DNA of 63,796 nt, counting the filler, from Welwitschia mirabilis (taxonomy: Eukaryota): the NCBI GenBank assembly GCA_051453625.1. It is 6 parts of one record of this genome, joined end to end, with 100 filler letters (N's around TTAATTAATTAA, not from the genome) between each part and the next. Parts side by side here need not be neighbours in the genome. Positions count along the whole stretch, not along the records: positions 17,133 to 43,517 come from JBOZIK010000001.1; positions 43,618 to 48,189 come from JBOZIK010000001.1; positions 48,290 to 56,338 come from JBOZIK010000001.1; 3 more parts are not named here. One strand, 5' to 3'. The notes under the pieces are model-generated. The model saw nothing but the letters and a program-made list of their open reading frames with translations, searched no databases and was not told where the DNA came from. The translations under genes and the position numbers were made by a program. Numbering within the stretch: position 1 is the stretch's first letter; each line of letters begins with the position of its first letter. Shown one piece after another: positions 40,761-54,713 of the stretch.

Positions 40761-41399
40761 CCTTATTTACTTGAATATTAGGTATATTAAGCTTCTAGTC
40801 AAATGATTAATTATCCTTATTAAAATTCCTTATTAAAATAAGATATCATTTTAAATTAACCTTAGTTCGTAACTTTTATAATTTATGATGAAAATGAAAA
40901 AACTTATCTTTGAAGGTTTTTATTAGAAAATCTATTCAAACATTTAAAATTAGATAATCTCATTATGTGAAGAATTAAAATCACATGATAAAACTAATAA
41001 GTTAAAAATTTCAAGAGGACATACTAATATATTTTGCATCTTGTTTACTCGGTTAGATCCCTATAAAAATGATAGGTATACTATATTATGAATAAATATT
41101 TTCTTCCTTATGTTATGTGATTGATAGATTTTATTCATTTTGAAAGAAATGAGCATTGGAATAAGTACATGCACTCTTACCTAGAACTAATAATGATAAA
41201 TGAGTAGATTTATTCTACCATGACTTTGATGTTCTTGAGATTGTAAGGGCATTTATTTTATAGCATATCCATTTGCTTTATGCATTAGAATTAAAGAGTT
41301 TATCTTATTATACCATATGACAATTTTGAAATGTTTGCATTTATTCTTTTAATTCATGTCTTGAATGAATTAAACTTACTTATTAGCCTATGAAGAACT

Positions 41400-41653
41400 A
41401 AAAAGAGCTAGAATGAGGAAATGATGCATGTAACTGGCCTTTCTAATTAAAGCAAGAAGATTGCTCACTCTAGTTATGTATATGAGTAATAAATATGATC
41501 TTTTTTTGTACACTAATGTTACTTATTACTCATTCCACCTATCAATGTTAAATCATGTGATCTTGAGATATGTGCCTTTGTTTATCTATATATAGATATC
41601 CTTTTCTCTCTTGTAAGAGGGGATACTTTTCTTTTGTACTATACAAATGCATT

Positions 41654-41709
<56 letters not shown>

Positions 41710-42165
41710 NNNNNNNNNNNNNNNNNNNNNNNNNNNNNNNNNNNNNNNNNNNNNNNNNNNNNNNNNNNNNNNNNNNNNNNNNNNNNNNNNNNNNNNNNNN
41801 NNNNNNNNNAGCTCTTGAGCTTAGATCTTTATCAATCTTCAACTAGTAAGGTCTTATTAATTTTCCCAAGTAAGTGCTTTATTCTTATTGTCCATATGAT
41901 CTCTTTTCCATATTGGAATGATGTGATATTGGAAATTATTTATGTCTTTTATACAATTATGTCATAAAATATTAATCTCCTCATTGACTCTCACCAAGAT
42001 GTCAAAGTAAGATATGAGAGGCCTCTTATACTTGGTGATAGAGAATTAGTAATAGATGATTATGGCCAAGTGACCAAGGGATTAACTACAAAGAGTAAAA
42101 AACAAATTTGGCTATTCATATTTATTTTATATNNNNNNNNNNNNNNNNNNNCATTAGAACCATCT
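41400..42165 (+). mobile_element. Possible LTR remnant of another family
   Basis: ctatatatag TATA followed by a CT tract, a layout common in plant LTRs; cattagaacc after the gap at 42152 resembles the Met PBS tail. Boundaries not resolved. Confidence 0.3.
41657..41709 (+). repeat. (CT)n microsatellite running into a gap
   Basis: Directly visible, with one interruption. Confidence 0.97.
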
Positions 42166-43517
42166 TATTAGGAGCAAAGTCTGATCCTCAAAAATCTCTT
42201 TAGGCTAGTACTCTTTCATGGAAATTCCAAGGCTTACAGTAAATGGTTTTTTTGAACTGATTTTATTTTTTTTCCTATAATTATTTAAATTAGTAACTTA
42301 GTTAATATTTCTATAAGTAATTAGTAGGTATATCCATTATTTTACTAATTTAATTTATTGCTTAAGTAGTTGTAAAAACTTTATCATATTTTTATTATGA
42401 GGAAAATTAAATTTCCAATATAGAGGTGTAGGATAAAAACATCATATCTTATTAATTAGTAAATATAAACTAGTAAAATGTTTTATGTATGTCTAGGATT
42501 TTACTATAAAAGTGAAAATGTAAAAATAGTAATTTTTCTGATAGATAATTATTTTTAAAAAATTTATTTGTGAAAATACATTAAAAAATAAATGCAAAAA
42601 ATACTAAGCAAGTAATTTATTTTTTTGCATCTATCTATTAATATATCTGCAAACTTGAGCATCCTAAGTTGTAGAAAATTGAATAATATTTCCAAAACAT
42701 CTTGAATCATTTAAAACCCAAAGTATTTTAAATGTTCTAATCATTTCAGTGAAGTATAGTAGGACTGTAATTTTATAAAATTTGACAATTTTTAACCTTA
42801 AATGATAACCTTAAAAATGACACTTTTAGAATTCCAAGANNNNNNNNNNNNNNNNNNNNNNNNNNNNNNNNNNNNNNNNNNNNNNNNNNNNNNNNNNNNN
42901 NNNNNNNNNNNNNNNNNNNNNNNNNNNNNNNNNNNNNNNNNNNNNNNNNNNNNNNNNNNNNNNNNNNNNNNNNNNNNNNNNNNNNNNNNNNNNNNNNNNN
43001 NNATTACAAAAACTTTTAAAGGAAAGTTGATATATAAAATATGTTTCTATTAGTGAATTTAAGTTAAATTACCTATAAATTGTATTTATTTATAGAAATA
43101 TGACTTTTACCCTTTTTTCTTTATCTTACTTTAAATGTTTATGCATGTAAGAGTTTTCACTTTAGTAGTTTAAGTAACATAAGTAGTCTCTAGTTTATCT
43201 TTCTTTTTAATTAACTTATAATGTAGTCATGTGAATCTTAGATAAATATTTATATGGTAATAATTATGTTTGAGTTATACTTTCTGTGTTTACCTTCTTT
43301 GCATCAATCCATAGAGATTGTCATATGAGTATGGAAGAATGTTTTTAGGATTGACATAGATCTAGATATGTTTTATTTTTCTAAAGTAGATTATTAAGAT
43401 GTTATTTGACACATATGGAATATTTTTATTATTATTGAAAGAAAAAGAAAAGTATATTTCTTTTATTTAGATATAAAAGAGAATAATATTTCCTTTATCT
43501 AGATCTTTATTATTATA

Positions 43518-43617
43518 NNNNNNNNNNNNNNNNNNNNNNNNNNNNNNNNNNNNNNNNNNNNTTAATTAATTAANNNNNNNNNNNNNNNNNNNNNNNNNNN
43601 NNNNNNNNNNNNNNNNN
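43518..43617. other. Artificial scaffold linker
   Basis: 44 N + TTAATTAATTAA + 44 N. Confidence 0.97.
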
Positions 43618-46600
43618 CACCCAACCCTAAGGAAATGTCTCTCTAGAACTATAGGATGATTTTCTAGCCCTTTGATCTCTTGTCATGAGAATTTTGGGTG
43701 TAAACAAAGATAAGGAGAAGTCAACGAGAATATCCATATTTATTAACTAAAGACATAAAATAGCACAAATAGAGGGGCATGGGTAAACTATAATAGCTAC
43801 ATAGAAAGGAAACGAAAATACAAGTTGCAAAAGTTTGATGAATGTTTAGTACGGATATTATAATAGTGTCATCTAGTTAGTCATCCAAATGATAAAGGAG
43901 ATGATACCACCTTATAATCAATCCATATCAACTACCAGTTAGATCTTAGTTAGCATGTAGATGGCACGGTCATCTGTAGTATCATTTANNNNNNNNNNNN
44001 NNNNNNNNNNNNNNNNNNNNNNNNNNNNNNNNNNNNNNNNNNNNNNNNNNNNNNNNNNNNNNNNNNNNNNNNNNNNNNNNNNNNNNNNNNNNNNNNNNNN
44101 NNNNNNNNNNNNNNNNNNNNNNNNNNNNNNNNNNNNNNNNNNNNNNNNNNNNNNNNNNNNNNNNNNNNNNNNNNNNNNNNNNNNNNNNNNNNNNNNNNNN
44201 NNNNNNNNNNNNNNNNNNNNNNNNNNNNNNNNNNNNNNNNNNNNNNNNNNNNNNNNNNNNNNNNNNNNNNNNNNNNNNNNNNNNNNNNNNNNNNNNNNNN
44301 NNNNNNNNNNNNNNNNNNNNNNNNNNNNNNNNNNNNNNNNNNNNNNNNNNNNNNNNNNNNNNNNNNNNNNNNNNNNNNNNNNNNNNNNNNNNNNNNNNNN
44401 NNNNNNNNNNNNNNNNNNNNNNNNNNNNNNNNNNNNNNNNNNNNNNNNNNNNNNNNNNNNNNNNNNNNNNNNNNNNNNNNNNNNNNNNNNNNNNNNNNNN
44501 NNNNNNNNNNNNNNNNNNNNNNNNNNNNNNNNNNNNNNGAAATTAACAATTAGGTATGAAAGATTTTCTTAAGTATAATCATATCCTGATCATAAAAATC
44601 AAAAAATAATCACATAAAAATCAAAAAGAAATAGTACATCATGCAGAAAAAATGATATGTCTATATAATATCAAAAGAAAGTTTTTAGTACAGAAAGTAT
44701 AGAAGGGGAGATACAAAATATAATGAAAAATCACTCCCCTCATCTACACATGATGTAGGGGGAGAAGAAGAATGATGCTTAGGATCTGTAGGGAGATAGA
44801 CATCTAAAGATGTAATAATGAACTTGACTATCACATTGCCCTAAACATGAACTGATTCTGGAATGTCTATAGTCATATTCTGATAGATAGAGAAAATGCA
44901 TTGACGCATGTCCACCATCTAATCTACTGTGTTCTATACTCTCCTCTCAATAGATAGATTCCACTACTCAACTATCTGTTCAAAGTTCTAGATCCTCCGA
45001 TCAAGTGCATAGATACTAGTGTCAATGAAACCTCTCATGATCTCTGTGGTTTCAGCTAGAAGATCCTGAATTTACTCTAGTGAAGCTTCAATCATAGGTC
45101 TCTATACCTGAGGTCGCTCTACTTCTCCTGGTACCTATATACCCATATCCTATAAATAGCAAGAAGGAGTCTGGATATGTGAGATGTGTTGTTTACCTAT
45201 GGGCTCTAGTATCCCAAATCATCTGAAAAGAGCTAAGAGGAGATATGAATAATTAAGTGTCTATAAATATTGTGCCTCAATTATAGACCTCAGTCTCCTC
45301 CAGATAAACGTGGGTAAGTTCATCTACTTTCCCTGACGAAAAGATGTCAAAATCTGTAAGGGTGTCATTATAGCATAACTATCATGGGATAATGGCTGAT
45401 GTTATGAATCAGTCCTCTATGAAAAACTCTGTATGCAAGGGTCAAATGAGTAACATTTACCCCCTATTGATCAGTGGTCAAATTAGCTAGTATATCTAAT
45501 ATGGCGTCATATGCTTGACGCTCCTCTGTCCCATTAGCTAAATGGATATGCATATTCTGAATCCCTCCAAGATCTATAATAACTATAATTTGGAATGAAA
45601 TGATAGCTATCTCATAGTCTCGAATGACAGCAATGATCATATCATAGAGCTGACCATGAGCATCAAGTCACCTCTCTGTCTGCATGGTGTCATAAAATGC
45701 TATCATCTCTAAAGCATAATATAAACCATGTGCATCTATGATCCATCTGAGTTGTAAATATGTCAACCTATGATCTACCTTTAGCTCTATGTAGTGCATA
45801 AAGTCTCTAAAATGTCTCTTGACATAAATACTAGCTATCTGAATACTCAAANNNNNNNNNNNNNNNNNNNNNNNNNNNNNNNNNNNNNNNNNNNNNNNNN
45901 NNNNNNNNNNNNNNNNNNNNNNNNNNNNNNNNNNNNNNNNNNNNNNNNNNNTAAGAGGAGATATGGATAATTAAGTGTCTATAAATATTGTGCCTCAATT
46001 ATAGACCTCAGTCTCCTCCAGATAAACATGGGTAAGTCCATCTACTTTCCCTGATGAAAAGATGCCAAAATCTGTAAGGATGTCATTATAGCATAACTGT
46101 CATGGGATAATGGACTGATGTTATGAATCAGTCCTCTATGAAAAACTCTGTATGCAGGGGTCAACTGAGTAACATTTATCCCCTATTGATCAGTGGTCAA
46201 ATTAGCTAGTATATCTAATATGGCATCATATGCTTGACGCTCCTCTGTCCCACTAGCTAAATGGATATGCATACTCTCAATTCCTCCAAGATCTATAATA
46301 ACTATAATGTGGAATGAAATGATAGCTATCTCATGGTCTCGAATGATAGCAATGATCATATCATAGAGCTGACCATGAGCATCAAGTCACCTCTCTGTCT
46401 GCATGGTGTCATAAAACGCTATCGTCTCTACAGCATAATATAAACCATGTGCATCTATGATCCATTTGAGTTGTAAATATGTCAACCTATGATCTACCTT
46501 TAGCTCTATGCAGTGCATAAAGTCTCTAAAATGTCTCTTGACACAAATACTAGCTATCTGAATACTCAAAGATCTTCTATCTCGAGGTGGTGGCTGTCGG

Positions 46601-48189
46601 CTCTGCATACTCTATCTCAGACTTGACTAAAGGGCCAGCCTCCTATTCTATAAGCTCAATCATAGCCTATTCTTGTCTAGATCTATGTGTATATGATCTA
46701 CTCAATCAAAAACACAAAAATCATCATGCGAAAATAGATAGATAAGTCAAAACGTCACATGGATACGCAATGACAACCCCTAAAATCAATGAAAAACTAG
46801 AAAAAAACTAAAAATATGTACTCCCTCCCCCCTCTTCTTTTCCTAAAAAATTTAATGCATTCTGAATTGCTTAAACATGAGAGAAAAATGAAGAGAAATG
46901 GGAAAAGTGTAAAAACTGTATGTTTAGTGGGCCCCACATGAAGTGAAAATTCAAAGTACTCAAATGAAAAATCTAATCTAGTAAAATCATAGAGCACATT
47001 GAAGTGATTAATTTTGATTAAGGGATTACTACAATTTAATCTACGATTTGCGAGAAAACGAGTGCAGAATGTAAAAACCTAAAAATACCTCATAATATGC
47101 AAACATGATCATAACTTGAAAAATACATAGTAAAATTCAAATCCATAAGTTGTAAAATAAAGAGCACAAAAAACTAATTGATATACATGAAAACTATTAG
47201 TCAAAAGGCTAAAAAACAAGAGGGAAAAATGAAAAATAGGAGGAAAGAGAAACAAATCTCATTTTTGTAAATTTAATGAAATCTTGCGAATCTAGCAATG
47301 AAATCAGATGAGACAAGTTCTAAGATGCTAGTACTAGCCAGAGGGATCATCATCTCTTAGAAGAATAGACAAAAATAATGAGAAATGAGTGAAAATAAGG
47401 AAAAATATTTAGATCATAGTTTTATTACACTATTGTCTGGTCGAGTCGTCCGATGATAGCCCTAGGATGACTCTCAAAAAAAAATCAGACTGTCATCTAC
47501 CACAGGGTCATCTGTACAATCAAGTAAATGATGAGGCATCAAAAAAAATTTTAAAATAAAAACATCAGCCATATAAATTAGGTTCAGATATGATTACTTA
47601 AGTGACAGTTCTGAAAAAGAAAAAGATAGAAAATAGAAAATCACACGGATAACAAAGAAAAATCAGGAAAACTAAAGAAAAAGAAATAAACACACATAAA
47701 AAAAAACTATAACTAAAGAAAATAGACTATTTAAGTTGAAAACCTACAATAAAAATTGCATGAATGTACTCGAACAGAAAATGAAAGCATGATAGACTTA
47801 GAACTAGATAACCTATAAGGGAACTCATAAAGACTTTGGAAAAGATGTTCTTTTAAAAATTTTTGCAAATGCATTTTTAGAAAAACATTTTATCATGATC
47901 AAATAGCAAGAAAACTACTAAATAATTAAAGTCCTATGAAGGAATAAGAAAATGTGAAAATGACTTTGAAATTCTAAACTCAAAAATCAAAGAAAAACAG
48001 AGTGAAAATAAACATAAGGAATAAGGAAAAAATTATTTACCTATCCAAAGTACTAACCTAGTAAACTCCCAAGGAAAACATTATAACATCACTTGAGTAA
48101 ATATGCATGACAAAATATACTAACGTCATAAAGTTCATTCAAAAAGTTAGTGGTTATGGTGATAGTTAAAGCTTCAAGTATATCAAACA
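43618..48189 (-). mobile_element. 3' part of an Athila-like element (LTR piece 43618-43988, accessory ORF, post-pol non-coding region)
   Basis: Reverse-complement homology to 14450-17030, for example tgtggggccc...aaacatag at 15680 versus 46920. Confidence 0.85.
44760..46705 (-). pseudogene. Accessory (env-like) ORF, best-preserved copy, partly duplicated across a gap
   Basis: ORF 46387-46608 continues after a stop as LDAHGQLYD...HNISPLSHDSYAIMTSLQILASFHQGK*MDLPMFIWRRL...LNYPYLL. Confidence 0.78.
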
Positions 48190-48289
48190 NNNNNNNNNNN
48201 NNNNNNNNNNNNNNNNNNNNNNNNNNNNNNNNNTTAATTAATTAANNNNNNNNNNNNNNNNNNNNNNNNNNNNNNNNNNNNNNNNNNNN
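48190..48289. other. Artificial scaffold linker
   Basis: 44 N + TTAATTAATTAA + 44 N. Confidence 0.97.
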
Positions 48290-48923
48290 AAGGACTAACC
48301 ATTTAGAGGTCAACTTATTATTCAAAAGATAAATTATATTATTATATAATAAGACAAATTGACTAGGGTTAAACATTTTATGAAAAATCCTTTTATCATG
48401 TTTGAACTTTTCTTGGGATTTATGAATTAATTGACAATATATGGCACTCGTTCTTTTTTTATCAAGATGGCCTAACTAGGCTAATATATATTTAATATTC
48501 TTATTAAAATTCAGAAGATTAACTTAATGAGATGTATGATAAGAATTGTAACACACATCAATCGATAAGATACAAACTTTACCGTATACAAGTTCATAAA
48601 GTGAAAAACCAAGAGAAGTACATCAAGTAGTATNNNNNNNNNNATCATTAAGCCTAGAAGCCTAAGACTTTTTATTAACAGAGACAAGTTTTTGAAGCAT
48701 TTTATTCATTTCTCTATTGGCATTTTTAGCCTATCCATTAATCTAAGAATGATAAGCATAATCTACTCTATGTTTTATACCAATGGATAAAAAAGTTTCT
48801 TAAAAAGTGCATTAATGAAATGAGTACCCTGATCACTAATGATAACTCTAGAAAAACCAAATCTCTAAAAGATATGAGTTCTAAGAATATGAAAAATAAT
48901 TTGGGCATTATTCAAAGAAGTAG
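48290..48923 (-). pseudogene. Ty3/gypsy integrase C-terminal half
   Basis: Minus strand IISDQGTHFIN, ELVYGKVC, KLTSKWL; homologous to 12900-13540. Confidence 0.88.
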
Positions 48924-49094
48924 TATTACACTACCAATTTAAGGTTATTTGATNNNNNNNNNNNNNNNNNNNNNNNNNNNNNNNNNNNNNNNNNNNNNNN
49001 NNNNNNNNNNNNNNNNNNNNNNNNNNNNNNNNNNNNNNNNNNNNNNNNNNNNNAAGAATATGAAAAATAATTTGGGCATTATTCAAAGAAGTAG

Positions 49095-49741
49095 TATTAC
49101 ACTACCAATTTAAGGTTATTTGATGAGTTTTATGAGTTATTTTGTGGGACTTTTATACAGGTTTGGGTGCAATTCTAAGGATTTTGGAGATACAAGAAGA
49201 AATCTCAAAAAAGTGTAATTCTTATCCAAATTTAATGTATTAAAGACACTTTCTGATACACAGAGCTTTGAAGAAGGATTAATAATGATGCTAAGTTCTC
49301 TTCAAATAAATAATCAAAGAAGACTATCATCCTCTCCGTCATCCCNNNNNNNNNNAATATTTTATAATGTGTTATCATTCCCTATGTCATCTAGATAATA
49401 GCCTAGATGACACTAACATGTAATCGACTCTGATAGTAACTTGTAATTGTTTTGTCCATTTTGAGTCATTTATAAGCGCACCTAACTGCACTTACTGTTT
49501 GTCTTTTCTGCTATATGTTGTTATAAATAAACCCCTCTTCAACTCTCTTTCTCATCTTCATTACACCAGACATTCTCGTGATAGGATAGTGAAGGGTAAG
49601 AGATCCATTTGTGTGTATTATAAAAAGATGTGCACTTGGTAGAGGACTGTGTATCCTTCATTGAGACCTGGTTGTTTTGTAACCAAGATGCTGTTACTCT
49701 TTTAATATAAAACTTGATTTTCTTTTCATATTTGCATCTTA
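49095..49741 (+). repeat. Athila-like LTR (5' part) inserted in the integrase
   Basis: Starts tattacactaccaatttaagg (also at 48924, before the gap); colinear with 17822 and 49978. Confidence 0.85.
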
Positions 49742-49977
49742 NNNNNNNNNNNNNNNNNNNNNNNNNNNNNNNNNNNNNNNNNNNNNNNNNNNNNNNNNNN
49801 NNNNNNNNNNNNNNNNNNNNNNNNNNNNNNNNNNNNNNNNNAATTAGATATCACTCACAAATAATGTTAAGTGAAAGTAAACTATGGACAATGATTAACA
49901 TTCAAAGAATCATTGAAAAATATAGAAAAGTTTAACATACTTTAATCCATGTCAAGTATTATAAGTATGAAAACATC

Positions 49978-52900
49978 TATTGCAATGCCAATTTAAGGTT
50001 ATTTGATGGGGTTTTATGAGTTATTTTGCAAAACTTTTATACACATTTAGGTGCAATTCTGAGGATATTATAGATACAAAAAGAACTCTCAAAAAAGCAT
50101 AATTCATATCCAAATTTAATGTATTAAATGTACGTTCTGATGCAAAGAGCTTTAAATAAGAATTACTAACAAAAATGCTAAAGTTATCTTGAAGAAAATG
50201 ATAAAAGAAAACTGTCATCCCCTTCATTGTCCCCAGGATAGGCAGGATAACCACTGCTGATGTGAACTACTGAGTCATCATTTTGAGAACATTTTATGAT
50301 GTACTATCATCCCCATTATTGTCTAGACAACAGACTGGATGATACTAACATGTAATCGACTCTCATAGATTCCCTTAACAATTTCATCCATTTTTGAGTA
50401 ATTTATGAGCATGCCTAGCCACACCCCTTGTTTGTCTTTTTCTGCTATATTTTCTTATAATAAGTCCTTCTTTGGCTCTCCTTCTCATCTTTATTGCACT
50501 GGACATTCTCATGATAGGAGATCGAAGGGTGGAAGATTCATCTGCATGTGTTATAAAAAGACATGCACTTGGTAGAGGATTATGTATTCTCCATTGAGAC
50601 CTGACTATTTTGTAACCTAGATGTTGTTACTCTTTTTATATAAAACTTGGTTTTCTTTTCATATTTGAATCTTAGGTTTTCTCATTACCCTTATTATTTA
50701 TGATTTCCCTTGATCTAATGACAATTTCTTAGGTAACATAGATCATCAAGGATAACCTTTGTTAAGGTTGAAAGTAAGTAGAGTTATGGTTATTTTTCCA
50801 TTGCATGTTAGTTTAGATTACATCTTGCATCTTGCATTGTATCTTTATTTCCTTAAATTATTTTTTATTTCTAGTTCCTAGTATTATTTTACAAAGCAAC
50901 CTAAGTCTCATCTCATAGACTTCAACAAGATACGACATGTCGGATCTACTTTTACTTATACTAGTGTATTGTATTATGTAAGATATCTATTTTAGTTATA
51001 AATGATAGAATCTCTTTGATTGTAAAAACTTGCACAAATACACATCATAATAAATTGACATCATTGTCAGAGAAATCTATCAAGGAGTACAAGTTTTTTT
51101 GTCATTTGTATAAGTATATTGGACATCTATTTGGTTATTTATCTAAGCAACATTGTATTTGATTAGGAGCTATAGGTTTTCTGTGTGCAGTGTTTTAGTT
51201 TCAGTTTTTTTTTTTTTTTTTGGTTTTAGTTTTCCATAATAAAGAGTGGTTGTCTCCTCTATTATCCCCAAGATAGTTAGGATGATAGTATGCTATTTTT
51301 GTATTTAGTTTTATTTTTTGAATTATGATATAAATTAGTTTTTATCATCTCCTGTGATGTCTAGATGACCAAGTGAATGACAAGTCTATTTTCTGTGTTT
51401 TTTACTTTCTATTTTTAATTTTAGTTCTATTTTTGTTTTTTAATGTTCAATTTCTGTGGGTGTCATCCCTTCTGTTATCCCCATGATAGACAGGATGATG
51501 ATTTGTTATTTTTGATATGTTTTCTGTTATTTTCTATTTGTAGAATGTTATGATATGGTTAACTTAAAGAAGAAATATCTAAGAAAAAAGAAGATGATAG
51601 AAAAGAACATCAAAGAAGAACTGGTGGATATAGAAATTGAATCGGAAGAGCAATCTCTAGGTGCACTCAATCCTTCTTTCAAATCTATTTTTTTTGAGTT
51701 AGATTATTTTAATGAAAATCCTATAGAAGAAGAGAATCAATTCACAATGTCGGTTGCCTCCCATAAGTAAAAAAAAAAGTTGTAGGATCTTCTACCGCTA
51801 ATGCAAACCTTACCCTGAGAGAATTATTAGCCAACAAGAAAAGAGAAATTCAAACACCTTTTGATCTACCCTAAGGAGATGATGTCAAACTTAAAAATTT
51901 CCATGCCTATCCAACTTTTAGTGGAGAAGATGATGAGGATCTCTTTCAACAAATTGAAAATATTGAATAAATTATCCTTACCTTAAGAAATGGGAGAAAA
52001 AAATAATAGATAGAATATATGAGGTAATCTTTCTCATGACATTAAAGGATAGGGAAAAAATTTGGCTAAAACTATACTCCACAAAAGCTTAAAAACATGG
52101 GAGCAAGTCTAGAGAACCTCTGTAAAAAGATTCATGAGTGAAGAAACCATGAAAAAATTAAAAAAAGAGATAACAAAATTACAATAAAAACCAAATGAAG
52201 ATTATACCTCTACTTATGAAAGTTTCTCTATGGTAGTCCATTCTAATCTAGTAGATGCCTTTTCAAGAGTAGAACAACTAGACTATTTTTATAGTAAAGT
52301 AACTCCCCACACGAAATAACTTATAGATTTCTTTTATAGTGGAAACCTCATGAACCTTACATTAGAAGATGCATAGACAAAATTAGAAGAACTTGTGGAA
52401 GCTAGTCAAACTTGGTCAACACCTAAAGAAAATCAAATAATAGGCCAACTTATTAAAGACTTAAAAGAGGTAAAACAACAAAAAGAAGTAGAAGTCAGTT
52501 CTACAAATTCTATTAAAGATTTTATAACAACCTTGAAGAAGTATGTGGAAATTATTTTAGATGTTAAAAACACAACCGAAAGAAATGTTATACAAACTTG
52601 TGACTTATGTAAAGATAACTATTATATAACAAAAAACTATCCTCTTTTGCCAACATATAAATAAAGAATTTAAGAATAAGTTTGTGCTTTTAATCAATCA
52701 TCTCAAAAATTCTATCAAGCACAACCAAGGTTAAACACTCATTTTTAAAAAATTTCTTAGTCTTTTGGAAACCAATTCGAAAATCAAACTACTCATTAAG
52801 TCCATCAAACTTTCAATATCTAAATGATTAAATCACAAATCTTATGGATGAAATTAGAAAAATAAATGTTAATATAGAGATCATGGCAAACATCTTCAAT

Positions 52901-54713
52901 AAATAATCTTATCAAACCAAAGTCCCAAGGAACTTTAGTAACATAACCTTTATCAAATCCAAATAAACTAAGAAAAGATTATAAGGTAGTGACAAGAACT
53001 GGATAAGAAACAAACCCTCCTCCATGTAAACTTTCCACCTCTCAAAATAACTCTCGAAATGATGAAGAGGAAGAGGAAGTAAACATTGAGATATTAGAAG
53101 ATTATAACTTCCCTTCTCTTGACAAAAAGAAAAAAAATAATTCCCAACAAACCACACCCTAGATGAATAGGCTTAACAACAATTCAACTTGTAATAATCA
53201 TTTAAAAGCCTTGATGAAAAATGTGAGCATAAACTTACCTTTTTAAAATGTTTTATAGGAAAATATAAGGTACGCAAAATTATGAAAATACCTAATAAGA
53301 AGAAAACATAAATGAGTCATCCCTAGTAAGGTCTTTTTTGTCCAATCCATCACTAACTTAATTTTACAAAAATCACCCAAATTTAAAAATTTAGGAGTAG
53401 CTATAGTAAATGTTACTGTAGAGGGAAATAAAAAGATTAGGAAAGCCTTGATTAACATTAGAGCAAGTGTTAATATTATGTCACTTCACATTTTGTAAGA
53501 GACTTGGTTTAGAGGATAGAATAGAGCCTACTCTGGTTGTCTTAGAATTAGTGAATACATTAGTTAAGAAACCATTAGGCATTATTAAAGATTTGGCAAT
53601 ATAAATAGAAGAGGCTTTCTATCTCATAGATATGATTATCATAGAAGTTGAGCATAATATAGGTTACCATTTACTTCTAGGTAGAGCTTTTTGTGCAACC
53701 GCCCACTGCATCATTAACACAGGAGTAAGAATAATGAAATGTCATTTTAGAAATAGAAAATTTACCATTAGAGTCTTTAATGCAGATGAGAAAGATTTGG
53801 ATGATGATGAAATAAACATTAAAAGCAATATCAAACCCACTTTGTTTTTACAACATCACCCACTTGAAGAAAGAGAGATGAGATCAAATAAGAATGTGCT
53901 TTATGATGACCAACCTAAGAATGAAGAAGAAATGAAATCAATAGAGTGTAAGAAAGTCCAACTTTTTAAGAAAGATCATGAGGGAGATGATCTACTTCAT
54001 AAGCCAAAAATTGAAAATCATAATTCGAATTTGGATGAGAAAAATATTTTCAATGAATATAAAGATAATTTTCTTTGTAACATTCTAAATAGAACTTTTA
54101 CATTCAATGAAAATATTTTACCTAAGTTACCATTTCTCTCCCCTTTGACTTCCAAAATTTATGCTTTAATGTGGCATCATAAAGTGCTCTGCATTACTCC
54201 TCTCTTCATCCAATTGATTTTACTTAGAAATAATTACACATCTCTTATGTTTTATCAATTGTTAAATTTTTGGTTTGGACCTTATTTCTCTAAAAATCTT
54301 CAGACCAAAATAGATCCTTGATTTTCCCTTCTTATTTCTTTTTAATAAAAACTTTGAATCACATTTAGGATTTGAATAAAAGTTTACTTGCCTTGAGATT
54401 TTCTTTTCAGTTTTCTATTTTGAGAGTCTTTGTTTTTATTTTCTGATTTTTATTTTTGTTTTTGTTTTTAATTTCTATTTCTATTTCTATCATAATAATT
54501 TGTCATCTCATCTATCGTCCCCATGACAAGGTGGACAATAGTTAACTTTATTGATTTTTTCAACTTTCTTATAAATTTTTTTATGTTTTCTAATATTTTT
54601 CTATTTGTCTATCTTTGTCATTCTCTCTGTTGTCTGAACGACGAGCAGGATGACAGTCAATAAAATATTGATTTTTATTTTCTATTATTTAAGAAAATAC
54701 ATTTTTATGGCTC
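49978..54713 (+). mobile_element. Element F: Athila-like 5' LTR (49978-51052), PBS, gag and protease, with no RT after the protease
   Basis: PBS ttgacatcattgtcagagaa near 51055; gag from 51555 homologous to element B gag; LINIRASVNIMSL near 53450; LLLGRAF in ORF 53632-54321. Confidence 0.85.
51555..54321 (+). pseudogene. Decayed gag-protease with an unidentified C-terminal extension
   Basis: ORFs 51555-51770, 52395-52664 (CDLCKDNYYITKNYP knuckle remnant) and 53632-54321. Confidence 0.85.

Larger units (their letters stand above)
31612..40790 (-). mobile_element. SIRE/Sirevirus (Maximus)-type Ty1/copia element, 5' LTR not seen
   Basis: Order gag-PR-INT-RT-RH, then an accessory ORF, two PPTs (33109-33123, 33578-33590) and a 3' LTR with a decayed C-rich ATTCAC...CCC end motif. 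Confidence 0.85.

Noticed and set aside
41570-41967. SLSLSL / RERERE ORFs
   Set aside because: Translation of a CT microsatellite and a gap.
42170-43517. AT-rich stretches here and at 62135-62673 as regulatory or MITE sequence
   Set aside because: No TIR, TSD, ORF or repeat structure could be supported.
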